From Holophagales bacterium (GTDB lineage: Bacteria > Acidobacteriota > Thermoanaerobaculia > UBA5066): a stretch of 64,000 nucleotides of DNA. Positions 36,443-45,916 of this stretch are shown one piece after another. The notes below the pieces were generated by a model. It saw only the letters and a list, made by a program, of their open reading frames with translations. It searched no databases and was not told where the DNA came from. Position 1 is the stretch's first letter. Each line of letters starts with the position of its first letter. Location: NCBI GenBank assembly GCA_016714815.1, contig JADKBZ010000016.1, positions 116,609-180,608 of the forward strand, read 5' to 3'. The translations under genes and the position numbers were made by a program.

Positions 36443-37450
36443 ATGATGGCGACCGGACGATTCCCCTCGAGTTGTCGCGACCTGCCCCTCCTCGTCCTCG
36501 CAGCGCTCGCGCTCCTGGCAGCCCCGGCCTCGGCCGTGGTTGTGACGAACGAGTTCGCGGTCCCGACGGTGGACGGCGCGCCCAACGGCATCACCACCGG
36601 CCCCGACGGCAACCTCTGGTTCACGGAGTACAACGGCAACCGGATCGGCCGGATCACGCCTTCGGGAGTCGTCACGGAGTTCACGGTCCCGACGGCGTAC
36701 GGCGCTCCGTCCAGCATCACCACCGGCCCCGACGGCAACCTCTGGTTCACGGAGAGCACCGGTAACCGGATCGGCCGGATCACGACGGCCGGAGCCGTCA
36801 CGGAGTTCGCCGCGGGTGGCGGCCCCTCCGGCATCGTGGCCGGCCCCGACGGAAACCTCTGGTTCACGGAGGTTTCCGGCAACAGGATCGGCCGGATCAC
36901 GACAGCCGGAGCCGTCACGGAGTTCACGCTCCCGACCGCGGACAGCTACCCTCATCAGATCACTTCCGGTCCCGACGGGAACCTCTGGTTCACGGAGTAC
37001 GGCGGCAACAGGATCGGACGGATCACGACCGCGGGAGTGATCACGGAGTTCACGGTCCCGACGGCGAGAGCCGCTCTCACCGGCATCACCTCCGGTCCGG
37101 ATGGCAACCTCTGGTTCACGGAGTACCTCGGCAACAGGATCGGTCGGATCACGCCTTCGGGAGTCGTCACGGAGTTCGCGATCCCGACGGAGGAAAGCGC
37201 TCCCTTCGGCATCACGACCGGCCCCGATGGTGCTCTCTGGTTTACGGAGAGCAATGGCAACCGGATCGGCCGGATCACCACCTCGGGAGTCGTCACGGAG
37301 TTCGGGATCCCGACAGCGGCCAGCTGCCCTCATCGGATCACGACCGGCCCCGACGGCGCCCTCTGGTTCACGGAGAACGGCGTCCACAAGATCGGTCGGC
37401 TCGTCGCATCCCCGGCGCCGGTGGAAGTGGTGTCGATCGGCGTGGACTGA
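36443..37450 (+). CDS. secreted Vgb-family (streptogramin-B-lyase-like) seven-bladed beta-propeller protein
   Basis: SD AGGAGGG lies upstream of the ATG at 36443. After a signal peptide (MMATGRFPSSCRDLPLLVLAALALLAAPASA) come seven regular ~42-aa repeats ITTGPDGNLWFTE..GNRIGRIT..G.VTEF.VPT. Confidence 0.75.
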   Translation: MMATGRFPSSCRDLPLLVLAALALLAAPASAVVVTNEFAVPTVDGAPNGITTGPDGNLWFTEYNGNRIGRITPSGVVTEFTVPTAYGAPSSITTGPDGNLWFTESTGNRIGRITTAGAVTEFAAGGGPSGIVAGPDGNLWFTEVSGNRIGRITTAGAVTEFTLPTADSYPHQITSGPDGNLWFTEYGGNRIGRITTAGVITEFTVPTARAALTGITSGPDGNLWFTEYLGNRIGRITPSGVVTEFAIPTEESAPFGITTGPDGALWFTESNGNRIGRITTSGVVTEFGIPTAASCPHRITTGPDGALWFTENGVHKIGRLVASPAPVEVVSIGVD

Positions 37451-37484
37451 AACCGGCGGCCGGGGCAAGCCGACGCGATTCGTG

Positions 37485-38276
37485 TCAGCGCGAGCGCAGG
37501 CGGGCGTGGGCGGCGAGGACGAGGAGCGAGAGCCCGTACGCGATCAGCCCGACGGCGACGAGCCCGAGGAGGACTGGTCCCGATCCGGAGTGCCTGAGCG
37601 TACGGAGCGCGGTTCCCGTCCCGCCGAGGGCCCGCGCGTTCTCTTCGAGCGCCGCGCGGCAGATCGAGTACCCGATGATCGCAGCGACGATGCCGTGCGC
37701 GAACATTCCGAGCCGCGCGAGCACCGAGGTCCACTTCCTTTGCACGCGGGCCATGATGGCGGCCGTGAAGTCGGCCGGAAGCCTCCCGAGCACGGCCCGC
37801 ACCGCCTCCACCCCTCCGATCACGATGGCGATCACGCCTCCGAGCCCCAGCCCGAGGCGGCCCCAGTCGTGGGAGAGGAGGCGGGCGGCCAGGTCACGGA
37901 GCCCCGCCTCGTCGGCTCCCGAGCGGAACTGCAGGAGAACGCGCACGGCCGCGATCGCGAGGACGAGCCCGCCCAGCCCGCTCGTGAAGTAGAAGATCCG
38001 TGAGAGGGGCCGGCGCGTGCGCACGCCCTGCAGGACGCGAAAGAGCACGAACGCGAAAAGGCCGGCCACCACGATCCAGAGAAGGAGCCTCCCGCCCGAC
38101 CCGGTGAGGATCCTGGCGAGCGCGCCCGCCGGCCCGGTGGCACTCCCGCGCTGGAGGATCGCGACACGCGCGGCGATGCCGCCGATCAGGACGTAGACGA
38201 TCCCGCGCGAGAGAAACCCGAAGCGCGCGAGCGCCCCCGGCACGGCCTGCTCCTCGGCTTGCCCTCCCGCGGTCAT
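37485..38276 (-). CDS. DUF1206-type membrane protein
   Basis: Repeated hydrophobic helices in a DUF1206-like arrangement. No catalytic motifs. Confidence 0.55.
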   Translation of the reverse strand: MTAGGQAEEQAVPGALARFGFLSRGIVYVLIGGIAARVAILQRGSATGPAGALARILTGSGGRLLLWIVVAGLFAFVLFRVLQGVRTRRPLSRIFYFTSGLGGLVLAIAAVRVLLQFRSGADEAGLRDLAARLLSHDWGRLGLGLGGVIAIVIGGVEAVRAVLGRLPADFTAAIMARVQRKWTSVLARLGMFAHGIVAAIIGYSICRAALEENARALGGTGTALRTLRHSGSGPVLLGLVAVGLIAYGLSLLVLAAHARLRSR

Positions 38277-38306
38277 GGAACGCCGCGGATCACCAGGCGG
38301 CCTTCG

Positions 38307-38879
38307 TCATCGGAGATCCTCGCCGGGCCGGGGGGCGAAGCGGCGCTCGAGGCGCGGCGCCAGGACGAGGATCAGCATGATGAAGGCCGTGGTCGCGGAA
38401 ATGATCACCCACGAGCCGCAGACCGCGACGATCCCGAGCGCGGCCGTGACCCAGAGAGCCGCGGCCGAGGTCAGGCCGTGCACGCGACCCGTGCCGCCCG
38501 GATCGCGAAAGATCTCGCCGGCGCCGAGGAAGCCGACGCCCGTCGCCACTCCCTGGATCACGCGCGAAAGCGAGTCCCCGCCAAGTGGAAGGCTCGTCTG
38601 GACCGGGATGGCGACGAAGAGGGCCGAGCCGAGGGCGACGAGCGCGTGCGTCCCGACCCCCGCGGGCTTTCCGTTGCGAAAGCGGTTCCAGCCGATCGCG
38701 GCGCCCGCGAGCGCTGCGAACAGGAGGCGGAGAAGAAGGACGGGCTCGCCTGCGTGAGAGGCGAGATCAAGGCCGGAACCCACGACGGCACCTCCGGAAA
38801 GCTGGGCGTCTCGCGACCACTCTAGCGCAGCGGCCGCATAGGAGCCGGGCGGCACGCAATCCGGACGACACCGAGGCAC
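38307..38879 (-). CDS. MgtC/SapB family membrane protein (the real start is probably internal, giving about 165 aa)
   Basis: LLRLLFAALAGAAIGWNRFRNGKPAGVGTHALVALGSALFVAI matches the MgtC N-terminal domain. Confidence 0.6.
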   Translation of the reverse strand: MPRCRPDCVPPGSYAAAALEWSRDAQLSGGAVVGSGLDLASHAGEPVLLLRLLFAALAGAAIGWNRFRNGKPAGVGTHALVALGSALFVAIPVQTSLPLGGDSLSRVIQGVATGVGFLGAGEIFRDPGGTGRVHGLTSAAALWVTAALGIVAVCGSWVIISATTAFIMLILVLAPRLERRFAPRPGEDLR

Positions 38880-39011
38880 CGAAAAGTGGGCCTTCCTCTA
38901 CGATCCTTCAACGTCCAAACGTCTGCGCCCTCCGCCCGTCGCCCCGAAGGTGCTCGGGCAGGTCCGGAGCGACTTCGGGCCCTGCCGTGAGCGCACGTAG
39001 AATCGCCCTCC

Positions 39012-39938
39012 GTGCAGATCGCCGTCCTCGCGCTCGCGTTGCTCCTCGCCGCCCCCGGCCTCTCGTTCGCACAGCCCCCGGGCTCGCGCGTCGTACTCGA
39101 CGTACCGCCGCGCTACACCGCGGCCACGCGTTTTTCCGGTTATCTCGACGAGCCGCGGGGCATCTCGATCGTGATCGCCGAGCTGCCGGGCGTGGCCTTC
39201 GACCAGATTGCCACGGGCATGACGCCCGGGGCGCTGGCCACCCAGAAGATGACGCAGTCCAAACGGGGCACGCTGGCGCGCACCGGCGACTACGTTTATC
39301 TCACCGCGGAGCAGACTCAGGCCGGTACCACCTACGGCAAGTTCCTGCTGGTCACGCGCGAGAACGACGTGACGGCAATCGTGACAGTGAACGTGCCGAA
39401 GGAGCGCCTCACGGCTGGGGACGCCACGGCGGCGGAGTTCGAGGCGATTCTGGCCTCGGCGCGCGTGGCCGGCACCGCCGCAGCCGAGAAGCCGCTCTTC
39501 ACGCTGGGCTACCTCGGGCCGTTCAAGCGGGCCGGTTCGTTCGGCGGTTCCGCCACGCTCTACACGCCCGACGGGGTGATCACGCCGGCCACGCCCGAAC
39601 CGGGGCGGCCCATGTTCCTGGTGGCGCCGTCGATCGACGAGCGGCCGGTCGGCGACCTCGAGGCGTTCGCGCGCCGGGCGCTCGAGGGCACGCGTGGCTT
39701 CTCGGATCTCACCGTGACGGCGACGCGCCCGCTCACCATTGGCGCCCTGCGCGCGGTGGAGCTGACGGCCACGGCCAGTGAAGCGAGCCAGCACACCGAC
39801 GTGGCCATCGTGCAGACCGTGGTCGTCTTGTCCGGCGGCGGCTACGTGCGGATGATGGGGCAGTCTTCGGCCGCCGACTGGGCGCGCCTGCTGCCGGAAT
39901 TCCGCAGGATGGCCGAGAGCTTCACGCCCGCGCCCTGA
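39012..39938 (+). CDS. secreted hypothetical protein
   Basis: Signal peptide MQIAVLALALLLAAPGLSFA. No recognised domain. Confidence 0.45.
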   Translation: MQIAVLALALLLAAPGLSFAQPPGSRVVLDVPPRYTAATRFSGYLDEPRGISIVIAELPGVAFDQIATGMTPGALATQKMTQSKRGTLARTGDYVYLTAEQTQAGTTYGKFLLVTRENDVTAIVTVNVPKERLTAGDATAAEFEAILASARVAGTAAAEKPLFTLGYLGPFKRAGSFGGSATLYTPDGVITPATPEPGRPMFLVAPSIDERPVGDLEAFARRALEGTRGFSDLTVTATRPLTIGALRAVELTATASEASQHTDVAIVQTVVVLSGGGYVRMMGQSSAADWARLLPEFRRMAESFTPAP

Positions 39939-40387
39939 CGCGCCGGTCGCGGCGGCTATCGGCGGGGGGCAGGCCATGCCTGCGCCAGGGTCGGCACCTC
40001 GGCCGCGGCGCCCGCGCGGCGCGCCGCCGCGAGACGCTGCTGCACGACTCGCAGGTGGGCCAAAGAGGGGGACGCCGACGCAGGCGGCGGCGGATGATGA
40101 ACGTCCGGCCCCGGGGTCCAGCGGCTCTGCCTGCTGGACCTGGCTCTGAGCCCGGCGTCCATCGCAGGCGGGCGAGGCTGACGGGGCTCTGCAGGCGATA
40201 GCGGGCGAGAGCCTCGAGTGCCCACCATCAGCTCTCGGACGGTCTGCCAGGCGGCGGAGCAGAGAGGGCCCGGCGGCCCCCGGTGGATGACCTGATAGCG
40301 CTGGAGGCGTCGGGTCCGTTAGCGCCGCGGCATCAAGGGGATCGATGACGACGACGAAATCGGTCTGCGCTGACAGGACTGCCTGTC

Positions 40388-40590
40388 GCTCAGGGCTCGG
40401 CGCCTCCGTACCTGGCAGGTCGAACGCGGCATCTCTCACGAGCACGCGACGCTCCGCGAGGTCCTGGCGGAGCTGGAGAATCCCGGGGCCGAGGTCCGTC
40501 GGCTCCCGCCGGCTCCATCCGCCGCCGCCCTCGCCGGGGACGAGACCCCGAAAGGGCGGCGGCTTCCGGAAATGGCCCGGAGGGCGCTCG
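40388..40590 (+). pseudogene. diverged copy of the pfa3 3' end (last ~55 codons) without a stop codon, abutting the 3' end of the truncated flotillin copy
   Basis: Translation ISHEHATLREVLAELENPGAEVRRLPPAPSAAALAGDETPKGRRLPEMARRALGGG aligns with the pfa3 C-terminus VAHEHATLHEVLAELENPGDEIRRLLAAPSAAALAGDESPEGRWLAELGRRLLGG. The DNA aligns with 24661-24857. Confidence 0.5.
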
Positions 40591-41758
40591 GCGGCGGACC
40601 CCTTCTTCAGCTCCCCGTCGTCGTCTTCTCCGCCGGCGCCCCGAGCCTCGCGACGACCTTCGCGAGGTCGACGCCAAACGCCGTCTTCACCTGCTCGACG
40701 AGCTGGATTCCCTGCGTTACGCGGGCAGAGGCGGGCAGGTAGGAGATCCGGTCGACCCTGACGCTCTGGATCGTCTCGACGAGAGACGACATGACGGTCT
40801 GGAGCTTCTGCATCAGGAAGATGTCGCGGGCGTTGGGGCCGGCGGCCTTCCAGGTTTCGATCATCTGCGTCAGGACGGCGGCGGTCGCGCGGCCGTCCTC
40901 GACGATCTTGGCGGCCTTGCCGCGCGCCTCGGCCTGCCTCTTCTCCATGTCGGCGCGGGCGGGGGCGACGACGTCGGCGTCGAGCTGGAGGCGGACCTGC
41001 TCGATGCGCGCCTGCTGCACCTTCAGCTCGGCCTCGGCCTTGGCGATGGCGGTGGTGACCTTGCCGACCGCCTCGGCGACCATCGCCTCGCGGCCGGTCT
41101 CGCACTGCATGATCCGCTTGTCGGCTTCCGCGCGGGCGATGGCGCCGTCGGCGTCGATCAGGGCGAGGCGCGACGCGAGGCCGTTCTCGGCTTCCCGCAT
41201 GGTGGCCTCGGCGTGGGCCTGCGCCTCGGCGATCCGGGCGCTCTTGTCGAGGGCGGCCGACTGCTTGCGGCCGAGGGAGTTGAGGTAGCCGACGTCGTCG
41301 GAGACGTTCTGGACCTTCAGGACGTCGAGCGTCAGGCCGAGGCGGGAGAGGTCGTGCTCGGCCTCCTCGAGGAGCTTCTCGGCGAAGCGGAGCTTGTCCT
41401 GGTTGACTTCTTCGGGGGTGAGCTGGGAGAGGACGCCGCGCAGATTCCCCTCGAGGGTGTCCTTGGCGACCTGGATGATCTGCGGACGACCCTTCCCGAG
41501 ATGCCGTTCGAGCGCGTTGTTGAGGAGCGGCTGGTGGCCCGCGACCTTCAGGTTGGCGACGCCGGCGACGGTGAGCGGGATGCCGCCCTTGGAGTAGGCG
41601 TTTCTCACGGCGACGTCGACGGTCATGTTGGTGATGTCCATCCGGTCGACCCGCTCCAGGAGCGGCGTGCGAAGGGAGCTGTCTCCCTTGACGATCCGGT
41701 AGCCGACGGGGCGGCCGTCGACCGTCGACTTGCCGCCGGAGAAGACGAGGACCTCGTT
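40571..41758. repeat. left copy of a ~1.2-kb direct repeat (flotillin gene body); its partner is 45917-47116
   Basis: The central ~620 bp is virtually identical between copies, with more substitutions toward both edges. Similarity ends abruptly after gaggacctcgtt (41758 in this copy, 47116 in the other). Confidence 0.85.
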
Positions 41759-41785
41759 CTTCTCTCCCTCACTCCCTGCCGGCAC
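40607..41785 (-). pseudogene. 5'-truncated flotillin/SPFH (YqiK-like) paralog lacking the N-terminal membrane anchor
   Basis: The product is identical over most of its length to the flotillin at 45966-47213. Its N-terminus (MPAGSEGEKNEVLVFSGG) replaces the MIGDLGSVVGVAIGVVLFFGVAALFVVKRLF anchor. Homology ends at the island junction. Confidence 0.5.
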
Positions 41786-42175
41786 TCGGCTGGCTGACCC
41801 CGAAAGAAATTCTCAGAGACCTGTTGTAAAAAGCCGGGCCTCGCGCAGCTTAGCTATAGCGGACAAAGGCTGAGTCCGCCTTTTCCTCCTCGATCAGGAG
41901 GCAGAGGAGGCTGTGAGGAGTGTGAACAGAAAACTCTCTTCCTCGACCGGGTGCCAGCGGCGGTCCGTCCCGGCAGGGCCAAGGGGAAGTGAATGGATGC
42001 CGAAGTCGTCGACCGGACTCTCCGGCTGTCGCGAAACGCCAGGCGTGTACTCGCGGCCCTTACGCCACGCGCGGGCGCCACCTAATAGTCGAACCGCCAG
42101 CCACTCTGCAGGTAAGGGCGCACGCAAGCGGCGTCCGCAAGCTGCGACGGCGTCCGGAAGCAAGAAGGAGTAGAG

Positions 42176-44983
42176 TTGAAGTCCCCTAAGTCATTCTGCC
42201 CGCGACCAATGATCACTATGGCGGTTCTCTCTTCGTTTATCCTGTCCTTACCGACTCCGGCCGCTGAGCCCGGGAAAGATGCTCTCGCCGGGACGCTGGT
42301 CATCCGCTCCGGAAAGTCCCCTGTCGAGGCGGTCCTCAAGGACACCCCGGAACTGGTGGGGATAGAACAGTACTGCCAGAACGGCCAGTGTATCGTCCTC
42401 CCTCGAAGCGGAGCCGAGTTGGAAGCGCTCAGGGCCTTGGAGAAGGCTGGGGAGGTCGAACTGGAGCCGTTCCCCGACGCGAGAAGGATTTACTTCGCCA
42501 AGGCCACCTACGATGCGGACGCAGGCGCTTTCGACGCCCAGTTCCATGGCAGCGCAGAGGTCGGCGGTCCCTCGGCCCTGGGCCAGTGGGCGGTCATCCT
42601 AAAGGCCTTCTTGAGCCCAGCCTGGCAGAAAGACTTCGAGAACGCCGGGTTCTTCCTGGGAGATTCCCTGGGACCGGTCGCCTACCAGCTATTCGGCCCG
42701 ACGGAGGCACTCCAAGCTCTCCTTACAAGAGTGCCGTATATCGCAGCGACCGTTCCAATCCCCCACGGGATCAAGCGCTTTCGTGTCGACGAGCCACTTC
42801 CAGGGGATGAGGACGGCGCCTCAGCCCCGACAACGGTTGCGATCTTCGCCTTGGAGGAGTCGCCGGCTCGAACGCTTCTTGAGAGGCGGGAAGGGTTACC
42901 GCTTTCGGTCGTCTACACGTCGAAGAAGACCGTCGCCTATCGCGCATCTCTGACCCGGGACGAGGCGCTCTATCTCAGCACCTTCCCCGATGTCGTCGCC
43001 GTCATGCGAGAGACGGCTACGGCGAGTCCGTCGGATGAACGCAGCAACCGGATCATCGCGGGAGCATTTCAGGACCCGTCCTCATCGTGGCCACTGTCTC
43101 TCACACCGAACACGAGCCCTCCGTTCTGGAACGGCTACCTCGCGTCTCTGGCCAGCATCGGCATTCACCCTGAGAATCAGACAATCGGCTTTCTCGACAG
43201 TGGCGTGGGGCTCTCGCCGATGCTCACCTGCCCTCCGGCCCTCGTTGATCCGACTAGCGGCAAGTGCAGCCTCACTCTCTATGACAACGGCGGCGTCGAC
43301 CTGAGGAGCATCGCGGACGTCGTCGAGGAGTTCGGCGATCCGGCGCTTCGGGGAAACGACTACCTTAGCCATGGAACTCTGACGACGGCGATCGCCGCCG
43401 GCTTTGCTACTCTTGTCAGAAGCCGGGATGACGAACAGTACTCCATGAGCCAGGGGGTCGCGCCGGGGGCCAAGATAGCGATGAGCCGAACGCTGGTGGG
43501 GCTCGGGCTGAGCTGCATCCCGGACTCCACGCCCCCTCAATTCAAGTCCTATCGGAGATTCCCGAACATGCCTGGGGGCGGATATCTGTTCTACGATGAT
43601 CTGAAGGTCCGTTACTCTCTTGCAGTTCTAAGTCAGCCGGTAAACCCAGACATCCTGGCGCCAGATGGTGTCATGGGGGCAGGCGCAACGCTTTTCAATC
43701 ACAGCTGGAACTTGCCCTCTATTTCGGACTACGGCCCGGTGGATATCATTCTGGACAAGAGCGCGCGGACGCTCTCGTCGGTTACGTTCGATTTCGGGCC
43801 GGATCACGATCACCCCAACGTTCTCACCGGGCCGGCGGTTCCGGCGACGCATGTGGTCTCGGCAGGCAATACGGACACGTCTTCCAACCCAACGATGGTC
43901 ACTTCTCCTGGGACGGCCAAGAACGTGATCACCGTAGGAGCGACGGAAAGCTACAACCAGCTGCCCCCGACCTCGTACCCTGTCGGCTGTCGAGCGGGAG
44001 AACTGGCCGATGCCGACAACCCGCGCCAGATTGCGATTCTGAGCCGGTTCGGGTATCCGAACAACCGCCTGAAACCCGACATCGTGGCGCCGGGGACGCG
44101 CGTCTTCGCACCCTTTAGTGAAGCGTATAACACGAGCGAATCCTGCATAGGGAAGCTGGCGTGCTATTCGGCTGTGGGCACTGTGAAGCGGCCGCACATC
44201 ATCACTTCCGGCACGAGCTTCGCCGCGCCGGCCGTCACTGGCGTTGTAGCGCTGCTTCGCGAGTGGTTTGGCGTCCTTGGAAAACCAGTGCCGAGCCCGG
44301 CCATGATACGAGCTACCTTGATCGTCGGCGCTCAGAACCTCGTCGAATTCCGAAGTGCCTGGGGCGCCTGCCACGACGCCAATGGCGGCCAGTGGTGGTG
44401 CGGCGACATGAGGCCTGCTCCCGATCAGTACCAGGGATGGGGGGGCGTGTCGCTTGCCCGCTACTTCAGCCCCGCGTCGAACTACTTCTTCCATGACCAG
44501 GAGAACGACACGATTCTGTGCCAAGACTGCTCAGGTCCCGGAAGCCAACCCTGGACGACCACGCTGACCATAAACGATTCTTCGAAGGTGGTTCGACTCG
44601 CGGTGGCCTGGACCGACGCGGCGGGGACGGAGGTCCTCGCGCCGTTCGACAACCTCAAGAACGATCTCGATCTGGAGGTCCGCGCAACCGGGAGCGACGG
44701 AATCCCACACGTCTGGTACGGAAACGTCTTCTATTCGAATCGGGACGATCTGGCGCGAACCGAGAACTCGCTCCGGGATCCGGCCTCCCCGGTCTCGAGG
44801 GATCGAAAGAACAACCAGGAGAAAGCTGCGATCGCCCCGGTGGGGCAGCCGAATGGCCTCCCGGCCGGTGCGACGACACTCACGATCACAGTCAGGGCCT
44901 TCAACCTCACCGAGAACGGCCTCATTCCCGACGACCCGGCAAGGAGACAAGACTTTGCCATAGCAGTGGAGAACGCACATTGA
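42176..44983 (+). CDS. secreted subtilisin-like serine peptidase (S8 family), 935 aa, in a lower-GC island
   Basis: SD AAGGAG lies 5 nt before the TTG at 42176 (alternative ATG at 42209). Signal peptide present. Catalytic triad motifs are FLDSGVG (Asp), HGTLTTAIAAG (His) and GTSFAAPAVTGVVALL (Ser). There is a long C-terminal extension. Confidence 0.85.
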   Translation: MKSPKSFCPRPMITMAVLSSFILSLPTPAAEPGKDALAGTLVIRSGKSPVEAVLKDTPELVGIEQYCQNGQCIVLPRSGAELEALRALEKAGEVELEPFPDARRIYFAKATYDADAGAFDAQFHGSAEVGGPSALGQWAVILKAFLSPAWQKDFENAGFFLGDSLGPVAYQLFGPTEALQALLTRVPYIAATVPIPHGIKRFRVDEPLPGDEDGASAPTTVAIFALEESPARTLLERREGLPLSVVYTSKKTVAYRASLTRDEALYLSTFPDVVAVMRETATASPSDERSNRIIAGAFQDPSSSWPLSLTPNTSPPFWNGYLASLASIGIHPENQTIGFLDSGVGLSPMLTCPPALVDPTSGKCSLTLYDNGGVDLRSIADVVEEFGDPALRGNDYLSHGTLTTAIAAGFATLVRSRDDEQYSMSQGVAPGAKIAMSRTLVGLGLSCIPDSTPPQFKSYRRFPNMPGGGYLFYDDLKVRYSLAVLSQPVNPDILAPDGVMGAGATLFNHSWNLPSISDYGPVDIILDKSARTLSSVTFDFGPDHDHPNVLTGPAVPATHVVSAGNTDTSSNPTMVTSPGTAKNVITVGATESYNQLPPTSYPVGCRAGELADADNPRQIAILSRFGYPNNRLKPDIVAPGTRVFAPFSEAYNTSESCIGKLACYSAVGTVKRPHIITSGTSFAAPAVTGVVALLREWFGVLGKPVPSPAMIRATLIVGAQNLVEFRSAWGACHDANGGQWWCGDMRPAPDQYQGWGGVSLARYFSPASNYFFHDQENDTILCQDCSGPGSQPWTTTLTINDSSKVVRLAVAWTDAAGTEVLAPFDNLKNDLDLEVRATGSDGIPHVWYGNVFYSNRDDLARTENSLRDPASPVSRDRKNNQEKAAIAPVGQPNGLPAGATTLTITVRAFNLTENGLIPDDPARRQDFAIAVENAH

Positions 44984-45891
44984 AGAAGCTTCTTCTCGTC
45001 GTCACTCTCGGCGTCGCTGCGACCGCTCTTCCCGCGGCGGAACAGAAGCGTTACTACGTCCCGCTCATTCATGCCCAGACGGGGTTGGAGATCATTCCGG
45101 GTGCGACTCCGGAAGATACTCAAGTGATTCAAACGCTGTGGATGGGGAATATCTCAGCGTTCAATTCGAGCAACGTAACGGCTTCGATCACACCCACGGC
45201 CGTATACGGAGGGTTCGTTTTCAGGCCGGGCAGCCACTCGATAGGTCTCGAAGCGGGAACAGGCGATCAGTTCGTCCGGTGGCCGTATGCGGGATTTGCA
45301 GGACCCAGTATCGGTCCGGTCGGCTTCGCCGAGCTGATGGCGGACACCGGGATGGTCGTGAACGCGGGGGTCGAGAAGGCTCAATACTGCGCGGGATGCC
45401 CCATACCGGATCGGGTCGATCAAGCGGCCCTGGTCTCGCAGGGGCGCTCGGCGATTCCCGTGTTCGAGGAGCTGTTCCCGGCAGGCCGATCGGTCATCTG
45501 CGGCGAAGTCAACCTCGGGGCGCCCCGCCAAATCTGCGGGAAGCCGGCGAATCAGCAGTACCCGCGACGCGTGAACGTGACGCTCTTCAACGCCGGAAGC
45601 GCCCCCGCGACGTTCAAGGTCGAGGCGATTCCGCTCTACACGGACCCCGACCCGATCTTCTCGCAGACGGTCACCGTGGCGGCGAAGGACGTGATCCAGC
45701 TGAACGACGTGCCGATTCCGCGGATCGAGAACGGGCACATGACGGTCGACTTCGACGTCTACGTCTGGATCCGGATCCACTGCGACCAGCCCTTCCTGGC
45801 GTACGCCAGCTCGATCTTCGAGGGTGGGGCGACGGGGTCGATGCCCTTCGAAGTCTTCACGCCACGGCTGGCCGCCGAGACCGGGCCGTGA
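44980..45891 (+). CDS. secreted hypothetical protein (about 303 aa) downstream of the S8 peptidase
   Basis: The TTG start overlaps the peptidase stop. Signal peptide LKKLLLVVTLGVAATALPAAE. Cys-containing, with no recognised domain. Confidence 0.45.
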   Translation: MKKLLLVVTLGVAATALPAAEQKRYYVPLIHAQTGLEIIPGATPEDTQVIQTLWMGNISAFNSSNVTASITPTAVYGGFVFRPGSHSIGLEAGTGDQFVRWPYAGFAGPSIGPVGFAELMADTGMVVNAGVEKAQYCAGCPIPDRVDQAALVSQGRSAIPVFEELFPAGRSVICGEVNLGAPRQICGKPANQQYPRRVNVTLFNAGSAPATFKVEAIPLYTDPDPIFSQTVTVAAKDVIQLNDVPIPRIENGHMTVDFDVYVWIRIHCDQPFLAYASSIFEGGATGSMPFEVFTPRLAAETGP

Positions 45892-45916
45892 GAAATAGCT
45901 AGGTCAGTTCCCGGAT

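Noticed and set aside
38898-41105. 735-aa minus-strand ORF, and its duplicate 182-aa ORF at 45904-46452
   Set aside because: These are Arg/Gly/Pro-rich out-of-frame shadows of the flotillin genes, duplicated only because the underlying DNA is the 1.2-kb repeat. The real coding frames are the SPFH proteins.
41851-45904. Shared TAGCTA hexamer near both ends of the S8-peptidase island, as a possible target-site duplication
   Set aside because: It is too short (6 bp) and offset ~90 bp from the repeat/island junctions to be meaningful. It is expected many times by chance.
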